64,000 nt of DNA from an uncultured Nitrospiraceae bacterium (lineage in GTDB: Bacteria; Nitrospirota; Nitrospiria; Nitrospirales; Nitrospiraceae). Numbering within the stretch: the first letter of the stretch is position 1; each line of letters opens with the position of its first letter. Location: positions 352,001 through 416,000 of the forward strand of contig CAWJWJ010000002.1 in NCBI GenBank assembly GCA_963846575.1. Reading direction: 5' to 3'. Below are positions 48,665 through 57,797 of the stretch, in pieces. The notes under the pieces were generated by a model. It saw nothing but the letters and a program-made list of their open reading frames with translations, was not told where the DNA came from and ran no database searches. Made by a program: the position numbers and the translations under genes.

Positions 48665-50441
48665 TTAAAACAGACTCTTGCTGACCTCGGCTGATTTGCT
48701 GCTTTCGTTACCCGTCGTGTCGAACGCGGTGACGGCAAAGTAGTAGGTCGTGCCCTTGGGAAGGTTCGGCACGGTGAAGCTGGTCCTACCGGTAACTTCA
48801 AAGGGCCCGGCAAAACTGTAGATCCCCGATTGGGTTCCGACATACACACGATAGCCTGCCAGATCGGCCTCGGTGTTGGCGTTCCAACTGACGGTGGCGC
48901 TGGCCGTGCCGGTGGAGGGAATGGTGGCCACCGGTGCCGGCGCAGTGGGGGTGGCCGGCGGCGGCGGCGGTGGCGTGATCGTGGGCTGACTCGGTGTGGT
49001 CGAGGGAGTGTTCGAGGCAGAGGCGGGAGCCGTCTGACCGGCGGCAATCGTAAATGTCACCGGAATCCGAATGGTGTTGGAGTAATTGTTGGGCCCGGAC
49101 TCGACGATATACACCACCGCCGAGTGTGTGCCGGCTGCAAGTCCGGCGGACTGAGCAGTGATGACGAGCTGATCAGTTTCAGTCGAAATGGTTTGCGTAC
49201 TGCCATAGGGCGGATTCATCCAGACCCATGACTGGCTGGCGCTGAGCGAATAGACATGCTGGTCGGTTCCCGATTTCTTCAGCGTCAAGGTGCCGACGGC
49301 GTTTGAACCCGTCAGTGCCAGCGAAGACGGAGTGACCTGGATCGGCCCCGTCGCGCTAATGACAGGCGCGGGCGGCGGCGGCGGAGTGGCTGCAGCAGGC
49401 GGCGGCGGGGGCGGCGTGACCGACGACCGGGGGCGGCGGGGGAGGAGTGGCTGCAGGGGGCGCCGGCGGCGGGGGCGGCGTGGCGGACGCGCTTGAGGCC
49501 GTCACGGTCAAGCTGACCGGAAGACGCAGCATGTTCGTAAAGTTATTCGGGCCTGATTCGACAATGTAGACCGTCGCCGAATAGGTGCCGGCCGACAGCC
49601 CGGCCGTCTGGGCATTGATCACGAGCTGGTCCGTTTCGGTAGAGATGCTCTGCGTGCTCCCGTAGGGCGGATTCATCCAGACCCATGACTGGTTGGTACT
49701 CAGGTAATAGGTGTGCTGGTCTGTGCCACCCTTGCGTAGCGAGAAGGTGCCGACAGCCGTTTGACCCTTTACCGCGGTCAGCGCCAAGGACATCGGACTG
49801 GCCGAGATGCCGGTGGTGGGGACGACCGGCGGGGGCGGCGGAGGAGTGGCTGCAGCAGGCGGCGGCGGGGGCGGCGTCACCACCGCGGGGGGCGGCGGGG
49901 GAGGAGTGGCCGAAGGGGGCGCCGGCGGCGGGGGCGGCGTAGCGGACGCGGCCGTCACGGTCAAGCTGACCGGAACGCGTAGCATGTTTGTGAAGTTATT
50001 CGGACCGGAATCAACGATATAGACCACCGCCGAATGGGTGCCGGCCGGCAGCCCGGCTGTTTGGACGGTGATCACGAGCTGATCCGTTTCCGAAGAAATG
50101 GTTCGGGTGCTTCCGTAGGGTGGATTCATCCACACCCAGGACTGGTTGGTGCTGAGATAGTAGGTATGTTGATCGCCGCTTGATTTCGTGAGGGCGAGTG
50201 TCCCGACAGCGGTCTGCCCCTTCGGGGCGGTCAGGAACAACGCGCTTGGACTGGGCACGATAGGAGCGGTTCCGCTGGCCTGAGCCTTGACGGCGGCTGC
50301 GGTCAGGGAAGATTGTTGAAGCAGGCTGAGCGCGGTCGAGCTGTCGGCGGCCAGAGCGGTTGGAGCCAGCGCGGTATGGAGCAGCGCAGAAGAAAGGCAG
50401 CCGGCAAAACCTATTGCGAACACACTCATTGACGTCTTCAT
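48665..50441 (-). CDS. Exported Pro-rich protein with three BACON/Ig-like repeats and a C-terminal FN3 domain; one frameshift near 49421
   Basis: ORFs 49356-50441 and 48665-49288 join into about 591 aa if one base near 49421 is removed; FN3 motifs W..N.E.DLAGY.VY and YYFAVTAFD..GNES. Confidence 0.8.
49045..50255 (-). repeat. Three ~100-aa tandem domain repeats separated by poly-Pro linkers
   Basis: DQH.Y.LS..QSWVWMNPPYGST..IS.ETDQLVI..Q.AGL.AGT.SA.VYIV.SGPNN occurs three times; boundaries approximate. Confidence 0.85.
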
Positions 50442-50477
50442 TGTGTTTCCTCCAGGGAAAATGCAAGACGCTTAGAT

Positions 50478-50493
50478 AGCAACCGGCATGCCA
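50478..50493 (-). promoter_or_regulatory. Sigma54 (-24/-12) promoter
   Basis: TGGCATGCCGGTTGCT matches TGGCAY-N5-TTGCW; GGAGG SD follows. Confidence 0.75.
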
Positions 50494-50718
50494 TGTAATG
50501 GATGAGTGAGAATCGCCAGAAGGCCCCGTCACGCGCCATTTTGCGGGCTAATCTTCGCTGGAATCTTATGACGCTAACAGTGCCGTGCAAGATGGAGCAG
50601 CCGCTGCAGGAGAAACCCTTCGTCGCAGGTCCGCTGCTCAGCGCACGTGGGGCACTATGTCCGCAGTCTCGCGATCTTCTGCGGCGAATGGTCGAGCCGG
50701 GTGGTGGAAGGGATCCTG

Positions 50719-51519
50719 TTACGCGATGGGGTGCCGAGTGATCCACTCGGTGAGAGAGGCCAGCATCAGCTCAAAGTCTGCGGCCTTGGTAAATCGGTGA
50801 TCGGCCCCAGGTAGAATTTTCAGCCGCTTAGGGCCTGGTAGGGAGTCGAACAGTCGCTGGCTCTGGTGGAGGGGGACAAATTCATCGCGATCACCTTGGA
50901 CGATCAAGGTAGGAACGGTCAGGTTCCTGGCCGGCTCATACGCGATCCGCTCAAGGCAATCCTGGTAGAAGGCATAGTCGAGGGAAAGACGGGCCGGTCC
51001 GCCGTGAAGATCCGGGATCGTGTTGGTTAGTTTCCATTGTTGCATTCCTTCCTCACCCAGTTCTAAGCGAAGTTCCTCTGCGAAGTCGACCACCGGACAC
51101 TTCAGCGCGAGACAGGCGAGTGGAGGGACGGCCCCGGGGTTTGCCGCATGCGTCGTGGTCCAGTCGGCGGCAGCGAGGAGTGCCATGAGGCCACCGAAAC
51201 TGGAACCGGCTAAGGCCAGCCGGCGATATCCACGATCGAACATGTGGTGCAAGGCCGTCAGCACCTGGCCGACGGCGAGGGTCGTCGTCAGCTTGGCGAA
51301 GGGCCCGTCGCTGTCGCCGTGGCCGAAACAATCGAATCGGAATGACGCGATACCTCGCTCCATCAAGCGGGCGGTCAGGGCCTGATTACTTGAGCTGTTC
51401 TTGTGGGAGAGGAAGCCATGGCAAAGGACGGCGCCGTGGTCGGTGGGCTGATCCGGCCTGACCAGGACCGCCGCCATGCGGTGTCCGGATGCATCGTGAA
51501 GGTATAAGGATTCTTCCAT
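50719..51519 (-). CDS. Alpha/beta hydrolase (esterase)
   Basis: LCHGF, RFD..GHGDSDG, GSSFGG nucleophile elbow, QGDRD, GADH. Confidence 0.88.
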   Translation of the reverse strand: MEESLYLHDASGHRMAAVLVRPDQPTDHGAVLCHGFLSHKNSSSNQALTARLMERGIASFRFDCFGHGDSDGPFAKLTTTLAVGQVLTALHHMFDRGYRRLALAGSSFGGLMALLAAADWTTTHAANPGAVPPLACLALKCPVVDFAEELRLELGEEGMQQWKLTNTIPDLHGGPARLSLDYAFYQDCLERIAYEPARNLTVPTLIVQGDRDEFVPLHQSQRLFDSLPGPKRLKILPGADHRFTKAADFELMLASLTEWITRHPIA

Positions 51520-51552
51520 GGTGTAGGGGCTCCGCGGCGCAAGAAATCGAAA

Positions 51553-52845
51553 TCAATGGGTGGTCGGCCGTTCGCCTCCCGGTTGCGTTGCCACCACCTG
51601 CGTGATCTTCATCGTAAACAAGGTGAGGCTGATCAGAAGCAAACCGATTGTGCCCCAGCTTGCCGTAAGGATCCAGGGTGAAGAGAGTGGCAGCTTCCAT
51701 GTCAAAGTCGCCACGAGCACCAGTCCCAAGGTCCCAAAGCTCAGTGTCGAAATCTGCAGGGCCCGCCAGCGATTGAGGATTCGATTGAGACCTTCCCGAT
51801 AGGCCGGGCGCTTTTTCTGATTACTGACGCGTTGCGCCGCCAGGAGCGTTGGCAACGCATAGGACAATCCTCCCACGAACGCCTGCAACAGGAAACCAAT
51901 GAAGGCGGCATGGGTGTAGGCGACGACGTGAAGGGTGCCATAAGGCATAACCGGCGGTGTCCATAAGACATTGGCACCGACCGCCATGCCGAGGAGCGTC
52001 ATGAAAACCAGGAGGAACAGGGCCGTCATCAGGTGATCGGTGGCAGACGAACCTGGTTGTCCGGCCTGACTCCAGGTACTGAGCAGATTCCAGGTGCAGA
52101 GTGCCAACATGATGAGCAGGACGCTTCCCGCGGCCATCTGGATGTGAACCGAGGAAAGAATAAATCCGGTCACCAGCCCGGCAGCACCGGCCGGCAACAG
52201 AAGCAGCACCGCCTGCCCCAGGCCCGCACTCCGCAGCGGGCGGTTTAAGATAGCCGGCACTGCGAGTTGAATCGTCCCGACCGTCCCCAGCGTGAGGAAT
52301 AACAACAGGCCGGCATGTAAATGTCCCAGTCGGAGCATGCCATGCCAGGTTGGGAACCAGGCTCCGACGAGTATCTCTCCAAGGATCATGTTTCCGAGCA
52401 GGCCGGTCAAAGCAATGCCGAAAAACAATCCGGTCAGCGAGGTCCATTCCGGAGAGGTCCGGAGCGCCCGTACCATATGACGCGCCATGGGAATGAAGCA
52501 CAGTAGGAGGATCAGCCCGCCCGTGATGAGGAGATTGGCATGGCGGAACCAGGATCCGGCGGCCAAAGCGAACGCGGCGAGATTCAGCCCGATCAACAGT
52601 CCACGATACGCCGGGCGTTTTGTGTCCTGACCGGCCAGTTCGATCGCCGTCAGGGACAAACCGGTCATCATCTGGATGAGTCCGCCGACCAGCGCCCCGT
52701 GAACGTGAAGCATGCGGAGGCCGGGAGGCAATGGAGAACCGCGGACGATGCCGAGAAAGGTCGCCAAACCGATCAGGGCAGTCAGCAGCAGCCAAGTCCA
52801 TCCCGTAAGGAGAAACGACAATGGCGACCCGAGCCCTCGGCTCAT
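51553..52845 (-). CDS. Polytopic membrane protein with three His-motif repeats (heme-copper oxidase subunit I/NnrS-like)
   Basis: About 12 hydrophobic segments; LHVHG, GHLHA, YTHAA; ATGA overlap with thiD. Confidence 0.65.
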   Translation of the reverse strand: MSRGLGSPLSFLLTGWTWLLLTALIGLATFLGIVRGSPLPPGLRMLHVHGALVGGLIQMMTGLSLTAIELAGQDTKRPAYRGLLIGLNLAAFALAAGSWFRHANLLITGGLILLLCFIPMARHMVRALRTSPEWTSLTGLFFGIALTGLLGNMILGEILVGAWFPTWHGMLRLGHLHAGLLLFLTLGTVGTIQLAVPAILNRPLRSAGLGQAVLLLLPAGAAGLVTGFILSSVHIQMAAGSVLLIMLALCTWNLLSTWSQAGQPGSSATDHLMTALFLLVFMTLLGMAVGANVLWTPPVMPYGTLHVVAYTHAAFIGFLLQAFVGGLSYALPTLLAAQRVSNQKKRPAYREGLNRILNRWRALQISTLSFGTLGLVLVATLTWKLPLSSPWILTASWGTIGLLLISLTLFTMKITQVVATQPGGERPTTH

Positions 52846-53645
52846 AGGGGGTGGTCCTGATTGAGAAAATAGAAGTGATTTGTAGGACCCTTGCCATGTC
52901 CGATCGACAGGCTGTGCCTGATCGCCTCGGTGAGGTAAGTTTTCGAGGTCTGAACAGCGTCGGGGACCGTTTTGCCCCGGGCAAGATGCGCCGCGATGGC
53001 TGAGGCGAAGGTGCAACCGGTGCCGTGGGTGTGCGGCGTGTCGATGAATTCGCCCTTATAGATATGAAAAAACCGGCCGTCGTACAGAAGATCTGTCGCG
53101 CGATCACTGGCAAGATGGCCGCCTTTGATGAGCACATTGGCGCAACCGAATTGGTGGATGATCTTGGCGGCGCGGCGGGCGTCAGCCAGGGAGGTAATTT
53201 CTATGCCTGAGAGCTGCTGGGCTTCATACACATTGGGCGTGACCAGCAGGGCTAAAGGAAAGAGGTCTTTCTTGATGCTGTCGATGGCGTCCGGTTGTAA
53301 GAGGGGTTGTCCGCCTTTGGCGATCATGACCGGATCTACGACCAGGTTTTTGACCTGTTGCGGTTTCAATAGCTTCACCACGATCTTGATGATGTCCGTC
53401 GATGACAGCATTCCCGTCTTGACGGCGGCCACCTCAAAATCGTCGAAGATGGCATCGATCTGAGCGGCGACGATCGACGTCGGCAGCTCGAACACATCGG
53501 TGACTTCTTCGGTATTCTGGGCCGTGATGGCGGTTATGACCGACATGGCATAGACCCCGTTGGCCGACATGGCCTTCAGATCCGCCTGAATTCCTGCTCC
53601 GCCGCCTGAATCTGAGCCTGCTATCGTCAATACTTGTCTGATCAT
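52842..53645 (-). CDS. thiD: Hydroxymethylpyrimidine/phosphomethylpyrimidine kinase
   Basis: LTIAGSDSGGGAGIQADLK, KTGML, VVDPVM, TPN..EA, KGGH, HGTGCT. Confidence 0.95.
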   Translation of the reverse strand: MIRQVLTIAGSDSGGGAGIQADLKAMSANGVYAMSVITAITAQNTEEVTDVFELPTSIVAAQIDAIFDDFEVAAVKTGMLSSTDIIKIVVKLLKPQQVKNLVVDPVMIAKGGQPLLQPDAIDSIKKDLFPLALLVTPNVYEAQQLSGIEITSLADARRAAKIIHQFGCANVLIKGGHLASDRATDLLYDGRFFHIYKGEFIDTPHTHGTGCTFASAIAAHLARGKTVPDAVQTSKTYLTEAIRHSLSIGHGKGPTNHFYFLNQDHPL

Positions 53646-53681
53646 CGATAATTCCTATGCAATGGTTCCGGAGGTAGTGGG

Positions 53682-54659
53682 TTATGGCGCGGGGGAAACG
53701 GACTCTTGCGGCGCGGAGGGCTCGGCCTCGGCGGCTGCTGGGGTGTCCACTGTGAGTCCATCCAGACTGACGACACGATCGGGCCTGGGCGAAGTTTCAT
53801 GGTAATGCAGCGTCAGGGGGCCTGTGGTCGATGTCCGAGGTACCGAAAAGAGGAGTCTCGCCGGTTGGCCCTTCCGGGGATACAATTCCATGCCGCGGGT
53901 ACAGAGGGTTTCCCGGCTCTGTTCGATATCCTGCGGCCATTGTTCGCCATGCTCGTCCAGCAGGTAGGTGTCCCGCAATTGACAGCCGAGTTTGATCGGA
54001 TGCGAGGAGCGGTTGACGAACAACAGGTCCAGCGCGAGCTGATCGTCCTGCCGGGAGAGGCCCACCACGCTGACCTTGTACCACTCATTCTCATGACCAC
54101 TCAATACCGGTCCCGCGGGCTCGATCTCAGCTGTCGCGACAGGTGTCTTCGGGGCATTGGCCTGTTTGAATAAGGCAGCGAGCGGGCCCGCCTTCGGTAC
54201 GATGGCCCGGGCCGCTCCGACCGGAAACACGGTATAGGGGCCGATCAACTTGGCCGTCACTCGAACGCCTTCCGGGATTTCCAGATAGCTCCCGGTCACG
54301 AACAGGTCCGCCCGGAGTGCCTTCGCCACTTTCTTGGCGGCCTTGGCCTGGGAGGTGTCCAGATGGGTGAGTTGGTGCTTTGCCATGGTGGCGGCCAGCA
54401 GTTTGTGATCGACAACCTTCAGTTCGCCCGCTACGAGGAGTTGCGTGGACAGCTCTTCGGCCAGGAATTGTCCGATCGGCGTCACGTCTCCCTTGTTATC
54501 GGCGAAATCCAGCACCGCCAATCGTGACTTCTTCATCTTGATGGCCTCGGCGGCCACGCCTTCGGCCAATTCACGCAGGCTGTCTTCATACTTTGAGGCA
54601 GCGTGGACAGGCGAGTAGCCGAAGGCGAGGACGAGGGCACAACAGAGGATCCGTGTCAT
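53682..54659 (-). CDS. Exported protein with FlgO/CsgG-like N-terminal domain and Ig-like C-terminal domain
   Basis: Signal peptide; LAVLDF..G.FLAEELST.L..VTGSY. Confidence 0.65.
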   Translation of the reverse strand: MTRILCCALVLAFGYSPVHAASKYEDSLRELAEGVAAEAIKMKKSRLAVLDFADNKGDVTPIGQFLAEELSTQLLVAGELKVVDHKLLAATMAKHQLTHLDTSQAKAAKKVAKALRADLFVTGSYLEIPEGVRVTAKLIGPYTVFPVGAARAIVPKAGPLAALFKQANAPKTPVATAEIEPAGPVLSGHENEWYKVSVVGLSRQDDQLALDLLFVNRSSHPIKLGCQLRDTYLLDEHGEQWPQDIEQSRETLCTRGMELYPRKGQPARLLFSVPRTSTTGPLTLHYHETSPRPDRVVSLDGLTVDTPAAAEAEPSAPQESVSPAP

Positions 54660-54782
54660 CAGCATGTACTCAGGGACGAACTCATGGCACACATTATACT
54701 CACGCGGTCGACCCTGTCCAGCCCGCGCCTTCGTCACGCCGGCTCAGACCCCTGCTGAATGAGGATGCGCCCGGACTTGTTT

Positions 54783-55283
54783 TTATGAGGCGCCAGGAGG
54801 CAGGAGCGCTTTTGCCACGACCCGTCCGCTTACATACCCCACGGGCAGCAGAAGCAGGAGAATGGGCGGCAGAAAAAAGTAGGCGAGCGCGCCTTGGGCA
54901 TCGGGGTGGATGAGAACATCGACATGAATCCAGGTGGTGACAGCCATCATACCGACGCCCGCACAGACAAGGCCTACCATCCGTCGACGAGCGGTCATGA
55001 TGGCCCGGGTCGACGTGGTACCCATGTGCACAAGGATCACCACAGCCAAGACGAGAAACGGAACGGCCGTAAGGATGCCCACGAGAAACAGGTTATAGCC
55101 AGGCGCGAACAGGTGGAGGCAAAAGGATTGCCACGCCCGAGTGAGCGGCAGATGGTGGACGAAACGGTCCACCGCGAGCATGATCGCCCAGGGCAGAACC
55201 AAGCCTCCAAGCACACTCACCCACGCGCCCAATAGGGTCAGCACCCGGAGTTGCGCCACGGTGTTGAATGCTGTGACGATCAT
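54783..55283 (-). CDS. Hypothetical membrane protein (about 4 TM)
   Basis: Hydrophobic; PDAQGAL..FFLP motif; ATGA overlap with the HEAT gene. Confidence 0.6.
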   Translation of the reverse strand: MIVTAFNTVAQLRVLTLLGAWVSVLGGLVLPWAIMLAVDRFVHHLPLTRAWQSFCLHLFAPGYNLFLVGILTAVPFLVLAVVILVHMGTTSTRAIMTARRRMVGLVCAGVGMMAVTTWIHVDVLIHPDAQGALAYFFLPPILLLLLPVGYVSGRVVAKALLPPGAS

Positions 55284-56329
55284 TCCGGGGAACCTTTTGG
55301 GGGTGATTGCCCGGATGTCGTCGGTTCGGACTCAATCGCCGCGAGCGCGTCCGCGATACTCCCCCGGACAACCGGATCCGGATCGTGACGCTGCTGCCGG
55401 AGGGCGGCGAGCGCGTCCTTTGCGGACGGTCCCATGGAACCAAGCGTTTCCGCAACCAGATACCGCACCAACGGCCGTTCATCCTGAAGCAGGGGCAGGA
55501 TGGTGGATAATGCTTCGCCGGTTGAGGGGCCCGATTGAGCAAGCTGATGCAACGCATAGTCGCGCGCAGTCGATTGCTCAACCATCAGACTCAATGATTG
55601 GATATGAGCGCGATCGTCCGGCTTCGGCTTGTTGAGCGCGCTCCGGGCCAATCCGGCAATTGCCGCGTCCGGATCGCCGACGAGTTCCCGGAGTGAAGCC
55701 TCAGCCGCCGCCGGCACGGGAGTCGTGAAGGCAAATTGAGCGACGGCGGTGTGGCGAACGAGGCTTGATGGCGCATGCAGCCCGGCGATGAGCGCATCTG
55801 CGATCGGTGTCGCCGGGATGCCGATACCTGCCAGAGCCGTCAGTGCATTGCGGCGTACGAGCTCATCAGGGTCCCGGGCGGCAGCGAGCAAGGAAGCGAC
55901 GGCGGGTTTCGCGACCGGCCCAAGATTCCCCAGCACCGCACAAGCCGTGCGACGTTGCTGCACGTCCGCATCGTGAAGCCGGGGCATAAAGTGGGTCATG
56001 ACGATCCGGGCCGCCGTGAGATCGATCGACTTGATGGCTGCTGCCGCGGTGGTATTGGCATGTTGGCTGCCGTCCCGAGTGGCCTGGGCCAGGAGTGCGG
56101 GCACCGCTGCGCTCGCCGCCGGTCCGACCAGCCCTAACTGCTCCGCTGCGACGATACGTGTCGAGGGATCGTCATCCGAGAGCATCTGGATCAAGGTGGG
56201 CACGGCCCGCGCTCCGGTGGAAAACCAATACCAGAGGGCCAGCAGGGCAAGGAACAGGAAGAGCCCTCCCAGGTGCAGACCGATCTCGCGAGGACTCAAG
56301 AGGGTCGGTGATGGGGCGGAATTGGTCAT
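55280..56329 (-). CDS. Membrane-anchored HEAT/PBS-lyase repeat protein
   Basis: N-terminal TM; repeated D.D..VR..A..AL..IG units. Confidence 0.8.
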   Translation of the reverse strand: MTNSAPSPTLLSPREIGLHLGGLFLFLALLALWYWFSTGARAVPTLIQMLSDDDPSTRIVAAEQLGLVGPAASAAVPALLAQATRDGSQHANTTAAAAIKSIDLTAARIVMTHFMPRLHDADVQQRRTACAVLGNLGPVAKPAVASLLAAARDPDELVRRNALTALAGIGIPATPIADALIAGLHAPSSLVRHTAVAQFAFTTPVPAAAEASLRELVGDPDAAIAGLARSALNKPKPDDRAHIQSLSLMVEQSTARDYALHQLAQSGPSTGEALSTILPLLQDERPLVRYLVAETLGSMGPSAKDALAALRQQRHDPDPVVRGSIADALAAIESEPTTSGQSPPKGSPE

Positions 56330-56729
56330 GCGGGATGACAATGGGTGATGCCAGTGGAAGGGACATACGTAAGGTATCACAAAGCCGAGCGGCGCGGGCA
56401 GACAGGAAGCGGGCTCGAGGGTGGACTGGCGCTACGCTCTCCGGCGAACCGTCCATCTGCTCGGCGCCTTCATGGCTGGAAACGCGGGAATACGTGGCGA
56501 AAGCCGCTTGATGAGAGGGGGCATGGATAAGCAGAGAATCAAGCCCCGCCGTGCGGGAGGGCGGCTCAGCGGAACCGGAGTCATCCCTGTTGGTGAGATG
56601 GATGCCAGCAAGCGTGAGGTCGCTGCAACGCACTGTGGAAAATTGACCCAGTCATTTACCTAGTTGTATAGGCTTGCCTGGATGAGTAGCATTCTGGACA
56701 GGAAGTAGCTGCAACCGAGGGAGGTCACT

Positions 56730-56891
56730 ATGCCGGCCTATATCCTAGGTGCATTGACGATCCTGTTTTGCCTGATTGCGGTGTGGGCTTCTGTGACCCA
56801 GGAGAGTGATTCGTCCATGATAGGGGAGGACGAGCCTGACTGGGGGCTGGAACCACTGGAGCAGCTCCAAGACTACCGCAAGACCGGCTAA
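56730..56891 (+). CDS. Small single-TM protein (53 aa), absent from the ORF track
   Basis: GGGAGGT SD; MPAYILGALTILFCLIAVWASVTQESDSSMIGEDEPDWGLEPLEQLQDYRKTG. Confidence 0.6.
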   Translation: MPAYILGALTILFCLIAVWASVTQESDSSMIGEDEPDWGLEPLEQLQDYRKTG

Positions 56892-57036
56892 GCGTGGCCG
56901 GGTATCGCGGTGGATCGACGCTAGTGGAGCACATCCTATTCCCTCAGCTCTTCCCGGGGAGGACGTGTGACTGACTGGTGGAGTGGGGGCGAAGCGTGGG
57001 GCGTCAACACGAAGAGATCGCCCCCTCGCCCGTTCC

Positions 57037-57705
57037 TCATACCGGCCACTGCTCCTCGTTCCAGGCCATTTCCCAAAACATCCACTCGTATTTCGAACTG
57101 ATCAGGAACGACTGCTCCATCCGTTTTTTTTCTTCATGCCCTGCCGTGCGCGCCCACGTGTCCACCCTGGCCCGCATCCACTCCTGCACCGCCTCGAACT
57201 CCGGCGAGGCATAGAGCAGGAGCCACTCTCGATAAGGATGTTTGGCCGGCGGCGGGCCGTTCTTGAGAAGGTGTTTGCCGACGACACAGTAGATCCAAGC
57301 GCAGGGCAGGGCCACCACCGCGATTTCCGTGGCGGTGCCTCCCTGGGCGACCGCCAGCATATGGCGGGTGTAGGCGTAGTTGGTGGGGGCCATCGGCTCA
57401 TTCAACATCGTCTGCGGAGAGAGTTTCCAACGTTTGCCGTAATTTTCATGGAGGCTTCGTTCGACGGTGATGGTCTCTTCGGCGAGCTTGGCGAAACGCA
57501 GCGCCGACTCGGAATCGGGCGCGCGCAGCGCCCCCGCTGCGAACACGCGCGCGAGATCCGCCAGGAAGCGCGCATCCTGGAGAATGTAGTAGCGGAACTT
57601 TCGCTCCGGCAGCGTGCCCTTTCCGAGTGCGAGCACGAACGGATGGGTCAACTGTGCGTCCCACACGGGTTGCGCTAATTTGCGAAGATGATTGGAGAAT
57701 GACAT
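57037..57705 (-). CDS. tenA: Thiaminase II / aminopyrimidine aminohydrolase
   Basis: HPFV..L..GTL, YILQD, AYT, catalytic Cys in LPCAWIY, EWMFW. Confidence 0.92.
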   Translation of the reverse strand: MSFSNHLRKLAQPVWDAQLTHPFVLALGKGTLPERKFRYYILQDARFLADLARVFAAGALRAPDSESALRFAKLAEETITVERSLHENYGKRWKLSPQTMLNEPMAPTNYAYTRHMLAVAQGGTATEIAVVALPCAWIYCVVGKHLLKNGPPPAKHPYREWLLLYASPEFEAVQEWMRARVDTWARTAGHEEKKRMEQSFLISSKYEWMFWEMAWNEEQWPV

Positions 57706-57797
57706 TCAGTTCCTCCTTCGTCGGTCCGGATACGGCTCACTGTCCGGTGAAAGATGGGCAAGAGTCATCGAGTATTGCGCAGGGCAGTCGGCCGGCC

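Noticed and set aside
49360..49950. GGC/CCG-rich repeats as a CRISPR array or non-coding satellite
   Set aside because: They encode poly-Pro linkers; there is no repeat-spacer periodicity and no cas genes
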